This document shows, one piece after another, positions 8,280 to 15,535 of a stretch of DNA of 15,643 nt. A model generated the notes under the pieces. That model made no database searches and was not told the origin of the DNA. It worked only from the letters and a program-made list of their open reading frames with translations. Numbering within the stretch: position 1 is the first letter of the stretch; the number at the start of each line of letters is the position of its first letter. The DNA comes from Methylococcales bacterium (GTDB lineage Bacteria > Pseudomonadota > Gammaproteobacteria > JABHGC01): positions 1-15,643 of the forward strand of contig JABHHM010000276.1 of the NCBI GenBank assembly GCA_018671575.1. The letters are read 5' to 3'. Both the position numbers and the translations under genes were made by a program.

Positions 8280-8497
8280 CAGATTCAGATAAAAAAGTAG
8301 AACAATGTATTAATGATGTTTGTCAGCTAGGTTGTCAAGCGGTTAATAATCTGCTGTCAGATGAAAAAAATATCGCTGAAATTTCATTATTGAATAATTT
8401 GACAGTATCGGAACAAAAAATGGTTATGGATGAATTACGTGGCATAATGAGTGTTTATAAGAAATCAAATAGGTCGTTGGTCAAAAAACCTAAATAA
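8276..8497 (+). CDS. Hypothetical small protein (73 aa), TTG start overlapping the upstream stop (TTGA), ending 13 nt before soxB
   Basis: The open frame MTDSDKKVEQCINDVCQLGCQAVNN... has a C-x4-C-x3-C cluster. The only start-like codon is TTG at 8276, overlapping the TGA of the preceding gene. No recognisable family. Not A/T-homopolymer-like, which slightly favours a real gene. Confidence 0.4.
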   Translation: MTDSDKKVEQCINDVCQLGCQAVNNLLSDEKNIAEISLLNNLTVSEQKMVMDELRGIMSVYKKSNRSLVKKPK

Positions 8498-8500
8498 ATA

Positions 8501-8505
8501 AAGGA
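8501..8505 (+). promoter_or_regulatory. Shine-Dalgarno (aagga) for soxB, 5 nt before the ATG
   Basis: aagga at 8501-8505, ATG at 8511. Confidence 0.55.
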
Positions 8506-8510
8506 ATATT

Positions 8511-10271
8511 ATGGCTTTTTCCCGAAGAGAGTTTATGCAGATAATGGGCATTGCAATCGCCAATGGTTTAATTACAAAAAATGCATTTTCTTCAACCACA
8601 CAAAATTATTACGATTATCAAAAATTCGGCAATGTTTCATTGATGCATTTTACAGATTGCCATGCTCAGTTATTGCCAATTTATTTTAGAGAGCCAGATG
8701 TCAATATTGGTACTGGAGAATCTTTTGCTAAAGCACCGCATATTGTGGGTAATGATTTTTTAAAACAGTTTAATCTATCGCCTTATTCATTAAATTCGCA
8801 TGCATTTACCAGCTTGGATTATGTAGAGGCAGCGCGTCGATATGGCAAAGTGGGTGGTTTTGCTCACATGGCAACCTTAATAAAAAATTTAACCGCAGAG
8901 CGTGGTGCGCAAAATGTTTTATTAATGGATGGTGGTGATACCTGGCAAGGCTCCGCAACCGCTTATTGGAGTAAAGGTCAGGACATGGTGGAGGCATGTA
9001 ATCTATTGGGTGTTGATGTGATGACGGGGCATTGGGAATTCACTTATCATGAAGCTCAAATAAGAAAAAACATAGAAAAATTCAACGGTGAGTTTGTTGC
9101 TCAGAATGTCAAGGTAAAAGATGAAGCTTTATTTGATGGTGCCGAGGCTTTTGATGAAGAAACAGGTCATACTTTTAAGCCCTATACCATTAAAAAAGTA
9201 GGTGGTAAGAATATTGCCGTCATTGGCCAATCATTCCCTTATACCCCAATCGCCAATCCTCGTCGATTCATTGATAATTGGTCATTCGGTATACGTGAAG
9301 CAGAAATGCAAACACTGGTTGATGAAATTCGACAAAATGAAGACCCCGATGCGGTGGTCTTATTGTCACATAATGGCATGGATGTTGACTTGAAAATGGC
9401 TTCCAGAGTGACGGGCATCGATGCCATATTTGGTGGTCATACCCATGATGCAATACCTCAGCCCATTGTGGTGAAAAATTCATCGGGGCAAACCATTGTG
9501 ACCAATGCGGGTTCTAACGGTAAATTTTTAGCGGTATTGGACATGAATATTAAAAATAAGCGTGTGGTTGACTATAAATACCGTCTGTTGCCTATCTTTT
9601 CTAATCTATTGGTTCCTGATGCCAGCATGAGTCAGTTTATCCAAAAATCCAGAGCACCATATTTGGATAAATTGAATCAGACTTTTGGCTATTCAGACAG
9701 AACTTTGTATCGACGAGGTAATTTTAATGGAACTTTTGATCAAGTGATTTGTGATAGCATGACCAATGTTTTGGATGCCCAAATTGCTTTGTCACCAGGT
9801 TTTAGATGGGGAACAACTGTATTGCCAGGACAAAAAATCACCATGGAACATATCATGGATCAAACGGCAATTACTTATCCAGAAACCTATGTCAGAGAAA
9901 TGTCGGGTAATGACCTGAAAATAATTTTGGAAGATGTTTGTGATAACTTATTTAATAATGACCCTTATTTGAGACAGGGTGGAGACATGGTGCGTCTTAG
10001 TGGAATGGATTATGTGTGTGACCCCACGGCAAAACAAGGGCAAAGAATTACCAATATGACGTTGGATAATGGTAAGAGTATTGAAGCCAATAAATCGTAT
10101 AAAGTGGCTGGTTGGGCATCTGTTTCCGCAAAATCACCAGGGCAACCTATTTGGGATGTGGTTTCAACATATCTAAAAGATAAAAAAGTGATTAGCTTTA
10201 AAAAAATCAATCACCCCAAATTAAAAAATATTGCGAATAATCCAGGAATTACAAATTATTGTAATTATTGA
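8511..10271 (+). CDS. soxB: Thiosulfohydrolase SoxB (Sox sulfur-oxidation pathway), Tat signal peptide
   Basis: 586 aa. Twin-arginine motif SRREFMQIMG at the N-terminus. Dinuclear metallophosphatase/5'-nucleotidase fold motifs in SoxB arrangement (HFTDCHAQL, MDGGDTWQGS, GHWEFTY, LLSHNGMDVD, GGHTHD) plus a C-terminal 5'-nucleotidase-like domain. Confidence 0.9.
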   Translation: MAFSRREFMQIMGIAIANGLITKNAFSSTTQNYYDYQKFGNVSLMHFTDCHAQLLPIYFREPDVNIGTGESFAKAPHIVGNDFLKQFNLSPYSLNSHAFTSLDYVEAARRYGKVGGFAHMATLIKNLTAERGAQNVLLMDGGDTWQGSATAYWSKGQDMVEACNLLGVDVMTGHWEFTYHEAQIRKNIEKFNGEFVAQNVKVKDEALFDGAEAFDEETGHTFKPYTIKKVGGKNIAVIGQSFPYTPIANPRRFIDNWSFGIREAEMQTLVDEIRQNEDPDAVVLLSHNGMDVDLKMASRVTGIDAIFGGHTHDAIPQPIVVKNSSGQTIVTNAGSNGKFLAVLDMNIKNKRVVDYKYRLLPIFSNLLVPDASMSQFIQKSRAPYLDKLNQTFGYSDRTLYRRGNFNGTFDQVICDSMTNVLDAQIALSPGFRWGTTVLPGQKITMEHIMDQTAITYPETYVREMSGNDLKIILEDVCDNLFNNDPYLRQGGDMVRLSGMDYVCDPTAKQGQRITNMTLDNGKSIEANKSYKVAGWASVSAKSPGQPIWDVVSTYLKDKKVISFKKINHPKLKNIANNPGITNYCNY

Positions 10272-10451
10272 AATATTGGAAATGAAAATATTTATTAACC
10301 CAATATACAGGTATTAATTGTTATATTTGAATCATGGATGGGCACAGATAACCACGGATGATGTTCAATGAGTCTCTGCGTTCATCTGTGCTTCTAAAAT
10401 ATTTTATTTCTTTGCCTAAATGGCATCATGTTCTTGTGAGTTTTTTTAACA

Positions 10452-11393
10452 ATGAAATTACCATTAATCAAGTGTCACGGTTCAAAAAATGAGTTTTTAA
10501 TAATTGATGAAACTCAGCAATTCCAATTGTCTAATGACCAACGAATTCAGTTCAGCCAGGTATTATGTGACCCAAGCAATGGTATCGGTGCAGACGGAAT
10601 ATTATTTTATATTTCAAGCCAAGTTGCTGATGCTTGTATGAAAATGCTCAATCCCGATGGCAGCGAAGCTGAAATGTGTGGCAATGGTTTGAGATGTATT
10701 GGTCGTTATTGCTCAGAGCAACTAGACAAGTCATCTGTCTTGATTGAAACCATGAAGGCAAATCTTGAAGTTTGTCGTGTTGCAGACATCATTAAAAATG
10801 TGGATAGTTTTGAAGCTGAGATAAAACCTGTTTGTCTGGAGGTTAAATCATTGCCAATGATGGCTGACTCAGAAAATTTTGTCGATAAAATAATTCCTAG
10901 TCTGTCTAAAAGCTTAAAATTTACTGCTTTATCAATCCCAAACCCTCATTTAATTACCTTTGTTGATGAGATTGATGAAAATGTTGTGCGAAAAATAGGG
11001 GAACGAGCAAATGAATTGGTTGAAATTTTGCCAAGAGGTGTCAATGTTAGTTTTGTTAAATTGCTTGCGCCACAACAAATTTTTGTAATGACTTATGAGC
11101 GGGGCGTTGGTATTACCAATGCTTGTGGTACAGCTATGTCCGCATCCAGTTTTGTCAGTTGCTATTTGAATCATAATCAATTTGGTCAAACGATTAAGGT
11201 GTTGAATAAAGGTGGTATGGTGAATTGTACGGCAGATCTGTCAAAACTAATGGTTAAATTGTCTGGCAATGCGACATTTGCTCAAGATATTGAAATAAAC
11301 TGGCAGGATCAATCATTTATTATCAGTCGTATTAGGAATCGTGATGATGAAACACAAGCTTATCAGCAACTTGTAGATTCCATTAATGGTTAG
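10452..11393 (+). CDS. dapF: Diaminopimelate epimerase
   Basis: 313 aa. N-terminal KCHGSKNEFLIIDE (cf. KMHGLGNDFMVVD). Both catalytic cysteines in context: NPDGSEAEMCGNGLRC and GVGITNACGTAMSAS. Somewhat longer than typical DapF (~275 aa). Confidence 0.85.
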   Translation: MKLPLIKCHGSKNEFLIIDETQQFQLSNDQRIQFSQVLCDPSNGIGADGILFYISSQVADACMKMLNPDGSEAEMCGNGLRCIGRYCSEQLDKSSVLIETMKANLEVCRVADIIKNVDSFEAEIKPVCLEVKSLPMMADSENFVDKIIPSLSKSLKFTALSIPNPHLITFVDEIDENVVRKIGERANELVEILPRGVNVSFVKLLAPQQIFVMTYERGVGITNACGTAMSASSFVSCYLNHNQFGQTIKVLNKGGMVNCTADLSKLMVKLSGNATFAQDIEINWQDQSFIISRIRNRDDETQAYQQLVDSING

Positions 11394-12429
11394 TGATTGC
11401 ATAAAAAGTATCGCGATATTTCGGCTCTCGGCTCTGGGGGACGTCACCTTGATGATCCCGTTGGTTAGAACACTACAAAAAAGCTTTCCGCAAGCTAAAA
11501 TTGTTTGGATCACCAGCGAGCAAGTTTATGGTTTATTAGAAGGTTTGAGTGGTGTTGAATTCATCGTCATAAAAAAACCAAAATCTATTGTGGACTATTA
11601 TCAATGTTATCAACAATTTAAAGCTTATCAGTTTGATGTGTTATTGGCGGCTCAAGCCAGTTTAAGAGCTAATTTGTTGTATCCTTTGATTTCAGCAAAG
11701 ACTAAAATTGGGTTTGATAAAAAACGTTCAAAAGACTGTCATCATTGGTTTATTGATCAGAGTATTGAGTCTAAAGAAGTACATTTGTTGGATGGTTTTT
11801 TACAATTTGCAGAAATGTTAGGTATTACAAAATCTTCTATTGAATGGGATTTGCCACTTTCAAATACTGATCGAGACTGGGCAAAATCCGTGTTGTCGAA
11901 AAAGTCAGGAAAATGGATTGTAATTAATCCATCCGCCAGTAAACAAGAGCGCAATTGGCCAATTGAACGTTTGATAGAAACCATCAATCGTGCTGCTGAA
12001 AAATGGTCTATTAATATTGTACTAACTGGAGGGAATTCAGCCAAAGAAATTGCTGAAGCGAATATAATTGAATCAGCTGTGCAAGTTGTTTGCCTGAATT
12101 TGGTGGCTAAAACAACCTTTAAACAACTGGCGGCATTATTGGAAAAAGCCGATTTATTGATATCTCCCGATACGGGGCCTGCCCATATTGCTACAGCCGT
12201 TGGTACCCCCGTTATCGGTTTATATGCTGTTGTCAGTGCAAAGTTATCAGGACCTTATTTGTCAAAATCATTAATTATTGATAAATATGAGGAAGCAGTT
12301 CAAACAATACTGCATAAAAATAACCAAAACGTATCGTTGCATACCCGAGTTCACCATGAAGATGCAATGAAGTTAATTACAGTTGATGATGTGCTTGAAA
12401 AATTGAGAAAAGTTTTAGAGTCTGAATAG
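11386..12429 (+). CDS. Glycosyltransferase family 9 (ADP-heptose:LPS heptosyltransferase family)
   Basis: 347 aa. Overlaps the dapF stop by 8 nt (operon). GT9 N-terminal IAIFRLSALGDVTLMIPLVRTLQKSFPQAKIVWITSEQ and C-terminal DLLISPDTGPAHIATAVGTPVIGLYA motifs. Cannot distinguish WaaC, WaaF or another GT9 from sequence alone. Confidence 0.8.
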   Translation: MVSDCIKSIAIFRLSALGDVTLMIPLVRTLQKSFPQAKIVWITSEQVYGLLEGLSGVEFIVIKKPKSIVDYYQCYQQFKAYQFDVLLAAQASLRANLLYPLISAKTKIGFDKKRSKDCHHWFIDQSIESKEVHLLDGFLQFAEMLGITKSSIEWDLPLSNTDRDWAKSVLSKKSGKWIVINPSASKQERNWPIERLIETINRAAEKWSINIVLTGGNSAKEIAEANIIESAVQVVCLNLVAKTTFKQLAALLEKADLLISPDTGPAHIATAVGTPVIGLYAVVSAKLSGPYLSKSLIIDKYEEAVQTILHKNNQNVSLHTRVHHEDAMKLITVDDVLEKLRKVLESE

Positions 12430-12788
12430 TGCTATCTGTTATCATAGATTGGAAAAGGTGAGCTAACATCCGATTGGGTTCGTGAGATTGTCTCGCTAGG
12501 TCACAAAAAAAGACACACTAACTATTTAATCTATTACTTAAATTATCAAATACCTTATTATTGGATTATTTGGCCAGAAGACCAGCCAATCATTGCTTAT
12601 AAATTAGTCAATGGCAAATACAATGTTATTGAGTCTATCAAAAATGCGGGCAAGGCCAGGATCGAACCATTTGAAGAAATTGAATTTGATCTGGATGAGA
12701 TATTTGAGGTTGAATGAATCTCAACTAAACTATTTTTTTTATAGAATATTACCCATCAAAATAATAATTAAAGGAACGGTAAAATAAT

Positions 12789-13835
12789 ATGAGCCAGGTT
12801 TCCAGACGTTCATTTTTAAAAGAATCTGTTCTTGCCAATACTTTATTGGTTACATCGTCTTTGCCACTGGTGGCTACTGCCAAAAGTTGTCATTCCAATC
12901 ACCTGCAATTTACCATTGGTAGTCACTATCGTCCAGACACTTCTGCTCGGGCATTGAATAAAATAAAAAAAGCGACAATGGATTTTATTGAGTCTAATTA
13001 CCGTAATAAAAATTTACCTGTTTGGAGAAAAAAAGTTGATCAGGTCGATTTGGAAAAACGAGTCCATTGGGCCATTTATTGGACAATGGTGGCAATTGAT
13101 AAGTATAAACACAAAGGTTTTCCGTTGGATCCTGTTTGGGTGATTTCCCAGATGATGGTTGAATCATTTTTTTATGAGTTTGCCGTATCTGGTGCGTTGG
13201 CTGTTGGTCCATGTCAGTTTGTTAGGAATACCGCAAAATCATACCAAATGTTATGTGCGGGAGATCGTGCAGTCCATCATACATCCGTGTACCGAAAATT
13301 TAAGAGTGCAGGGCAACTAGATAAAGCCGGTACATTGAAATCAAAAAAACGAAAATTTAAAAAAATTAGTCGAAAAATCAAAAAAATTAATTTATCTGAT
13401 GCCATTCAAGCGATTGCCGATGGTGATGTTAGTTTGCAAGCGACTGCAAAAAAGCAATTGAATTATCAAAAACAACTGGATGAATACAAAGAATCAATCA
13501 ATGAAGCAAGGCAAGCGTATAAAGATTATTTAATTGCCAATTTTGAAGGGCGAGATATTTTTAATAGTCGAGACATTAATTTTCTTGTCAATTTTGATGA
13601 ACGGATCAGTTACAAACGCTCGATTCCCAATATGGTTAAAATGTTGTCTTGGGCATTATCACACCGACAAGGTAATATTTTAGTGGCTGCATCAGCTTAT
13701 AACGCAGGTTTAAGTCGAACCAAGGACAGTGGTCATTTTAAACCCTATGGCAGAATTCCAGGAAATTATGAAACCTCGACTTATGTGAGTAGAATTCTGG
13801 TAAATTATATGGAAATTACAAAAAAAATAATATAA
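12789..13835 (+). CDS. Tat-signal-peptide protein with family-1 lytic transglycosylase (SLT) domain split by a lysine-rich/coiled insert
   Basis: 348 aa. N-terminus MSQVSRRSFLKESVLANTLLVTSSLPLVATA is a canonical twin-arginine signal (SRRxFLK). SLT motif I MMVESFFYEFAVSGALAVGPCQFVRNTAKSY. About 130 aa later, motif AYNAGLSRTK. In between lies a K/R-rich stretch (KSKKRKFKKISRKIKKIN) and a Q/K/E-rich segment. Confidence 0.65.
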   Translation: MSQVSRRSFLKESVLANTLLVTSSLPLVATAKSCHSNHLQFTIGSHYRPDTSARALNKIKKATMDFIESNYRNKNLPVWRKKVDQVDLEKRVHWAIYWTMVAIDKYKHKGFPLDPVWVISQMMVESFFYEFAVSGALAVGPCQFVRNTAKSYQMLCAGDRAVHHTSVYRKFKSAGQLDKAGTLKSKKRKFKKISRKIKKINLSDAIQAIADGDVSLQATAKKQLNYQKQLDEYKESINEARQAYKDYLIANFEGRDIFNSRDINFLVNFDERISYKRSIPNMVKMLSWALSHRQGNILVAASAYNAGLSRTKDSGHFKPYGRIPGNYETSTYVSRILVNYMEITKKII

Positions 13836-13890
13836 TGCTTAATTTTTAGTGAAAAAATTTGTATCATCCTCCGATAACCCATCTATTCAA

Positions 13891-13895
13891 GAGGA
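13891..13895 (+). promoter_or_regulatory. Shine-Dalgarno (gagga) for the phosphoribulokinase gene, 6 nt before the ATG
   Basis: gagga at 13891-13895, ATG at 13902. Confidence 0.6.
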
Positions 13896-13901
13896 AAACC
13901 C

Positions 13902-14774
13902 ATGTCTGAAAAACATCCAATCATAGCAATTACAGGCTCATCAGGTTCAGGAGCATCAGAGTTTCTGGCAGCATTCAAACAAATGATACAAACTGAAAAT
14001 GCCAATTATGCCCGAGTAGATGGTAATGGTTTTCATAAATATAATCATGATGAATTTGCAGAACTCACCAAAAAGGCTTGTGGCGGCGGGAAATGTATTG
14101 ATCCTACTGTTGATAATTTAAGTCATTTTGACCCCAGTACCAATATGTTGGATAAACTGGAAGGTCTGTTTAAAGAATATGGCGAATCGGGAACAGGCGA
14201 GCATCGTGAATATTTTCATAATGATGAATCAGGTGTCAAGGCGGGTACATTCAGTGAGTGGAAAAAAATAACTGGGGATGCAGACTTACTTTTATATCAT
14301 GGTTTGCATGGCAATTTTAAATTAGATTCAATTGATATCCCTCAATATGTTGATCTGAAAATTGGTGTGGTTCCTGTTGTTAACTTGGAATGGATTCAAA
14401 AAATTCATCGAGATACTGGTGAGCGGGGCTATTCAACAGAAAATGTCACGGATGCCATTATGCGAAGATTGCATGATTATGTGCACTATATTACACCTCA
14501 ATTTACTCATACGGATATTAATTTTCAACGTGTTCCATTCGTTGACACGTCAAATCCTTTTATTGCTAGAGATGTTCCTACTCTGGATGAAAGCATGATT
14601 GTGATACGAATTGGTAATATGGAAAAAATAGAAGTGAATTTTTCTTCGTTATTGAACAGAATTGACGGTTCATTTATGTCTCGAAGAAATACAATTGTAG
14701 TACCTGGCGGTAAATTATCATTAGCGATGCGTTTGATTTTATCGCCTACATTACGAAAAATGATAAAGAAATAA
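13902..14774 (+). CDS. prk: Phosphoribulokinase (Calvin-Benson cycle)
   Basis: 290 aa. P-loop KHPIIAITGSSGSGAS. Near collinear with bacterial PRK (E. coli PrkB as recalled): YHGLHG, VDLKIGVVPVVNLEWIQKIHRDTGERGYS, YITPQF..T.INFQRVPFVDTSNPF, VVPGGKLSLAM. Confidence 0.93.
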   Translation: MSEKHPIIAITGSSGSGASEFLAAFKQMIQTENANYARVDGNGFHKYNHDEFAELTKKACGGGKCIDPTVDNLSHFDPSTNMLDKLEGLFKEYGESGTGEHREYFHNDESGVKAGTFSEWKKITGDADLLLYHGLHGNFKLDSIDIPQYVDLKIGVVPVVNLEWIQKIHRDTGERGYSTENVTDAIMRRLHDYVHYITPQFTHTDINFQRVPFVDTSNPFIARDVPTLDESMIVIRIGNMEKIEVNFSSLLNRIDGSFMSRRNTIVVPGGKLSLAMRLILSPTLRKMIKK

Positions 14775-14782
14775 ATGAAGCA

Positions 14783-15250
14783 ATGGATAATAACTTCATC
14801 CAGTTGGCCGTTGAATTAGCCAAAAACTCCATTGAAAAACACAATGGAGGTCCTTTTGGTGCAGTTGTTGTGTTGGATGGAAAAGTTGTGGGGCGTGGTT
14901 ATAATCAAGTGACCAAAAACTGTGATCCTACGGCCCATGCAGAAGTCAATGCCATACGGGATGCCTGTAAAAACTTGGGGACTTTTCATCTCCATGATTG
15001 TGATTTATACACCAGTTGTGAACCTTGCCCAATGTGTTTTTCCGCTATCTATTGGGCGCATATAAAGAACGTTTATTATGCCAGTACCCATCAACAGGCT
15101 GCAAATGCAGGATTTGATGACACGTTTATAGGGACTGAATTTAGAAAAATTAATGAAGAAAGAAATATTCATTTTATTGAAAATCTACTGCCAGAAGCGG
15201 AAGATGTGTTTGTTTCTTGGCGACATAAAATGGATAAAATTAAGTACTAA
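14783..15250 (+). CDS. guaD: CDA-fold (CMP/dCMP-deaminase-type) guanine deaminase, B. subtilis GuaD-like
   Basis: 155 aa. Zinc-binding HAEVNAIRDA ... TSCEPCPMC. Near collinear with B. subtilis GuaD as recalled (GGPFGAVVV.DGK, DPTAHAEV.AIR.ACK.LG, LYTSCEPCPMC..AIYWA, AGFDD.FI, C-terminal WR). Could alternatively be a related small nucleobase deaminase. Confidence 0.8.
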   Translation: MDNNFIQLAVELAKNSIEKHNGGPFGAVVVLDGKVVGRGYNQVTKNCDPTAHAEVNAIRDACKNLGTFHLHDCDLYTSCEPCPMCFSAIYWAHIKNVYYASTHQQAANAGFDDTFIGTEFRKINEERNIHFIENLLPEAEDVFVSWRHKMDKIKY

Positions 15251-15465
15251 TTCAAAATTATTTCGAATAAACCATTGAAATCTAAAATCACCATCCCCAT
15301 CTTGAAGCTAAATAAATCTGTTGAATCAATTTTAAATATTAAATCCATTGATTTGTTTGGATGAAAAAGAAAAAGCGTACAAGTATTGGAAAATAGTGTT
15401 TTTAAAAAATAGATATTTTTAAAGTATCGGAAAAACAAAGTTTTTTAATGATAGGTGTTTTTTTA

Positions 15466-15535
15466 TTTTCACCATGAAGTGCATGAAGATATTGAAGTTT
15501 TTTCTTCATTGTCTTCATGCACTTCATGGTGAAAA
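15466..15535. repeat. Perfect 24-bp inverted repeat (arms 15466-15489 / 15512-15535, 22-nt loop) containing internal catgaag direct repeats; degenerate second unit at 15579-15628
   Basis: The left arm ttttcaccatgaagtgcatgaaga is the exact reverse complement of the right arm tcttcatgcacttcatggtgaaaa. 15593-15629 (agtttttttcttcattatcttcatgcgtatcatggtt) repeats the right half 15497-15532 with about 5 mismatches. The two units are separated by repeat module 15546-15578. Confidence 0.7.

Noticed and set aside
8806-10210. Several 60-70-aa ORFs (8806-8997-, 9202-9393+, 9239-9427-, 9268-9483-, 10010-10210-) within soxB
   Set aside because: Alternate-frame or antisense overlaps of soxB. Pro/His/Cys-rich or otherwise unlike real proteins.
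10950-12044. ORFs 10950-11189(-), 11313-11513(-), 11757-12044(-) overlapping dapF and the GT9 gene
   Set aside because: Antisense overlaps with no domains or ribosome-binding sites.
12611-12781. ATG-initiated 56-codon ORF (MANTMLLSLSKMRARPG...) in the 360-bp gap
   Set aside because: Low-complexity, basic and hydrophobic composition. It overlaps the more protein-like alternative frame. No SD. Likely noise.
12994-14598. ORFs 12994-13212(-) and 14362-14598(+) inside the Tat-SLT and prk genes
   Set aside because: Embedded alternate-frame ORFs within supported genes.
14775-14819. ATG at 14775 immediately after the prk stop as an alternative guaD start
   Set aside because: Different reading frame from the deaminase and terminates after 14 codons. 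The 14783 ATG gives an N-terminus (MDNNFIQLAVELA) collinear with B. subtilis GuaD as recalled.
15247-15438. 63-aa minus-strand ORF after guaD
   Set aside because: Its F/L/I/N/K-rich translation is typical of AT-rich non-coding DNA. No SD and no recognisable domain.
15466-15535. 24-bp inverted repeat as a Rho-independent terminator for guaD
   Set aside because: The U-run precedes the stem and an A-run follows it on both strands, so neither transcript orientation gives the hairpin-then-U-tract arrangement. It also lies about 215 nt beyond the guaD stop.
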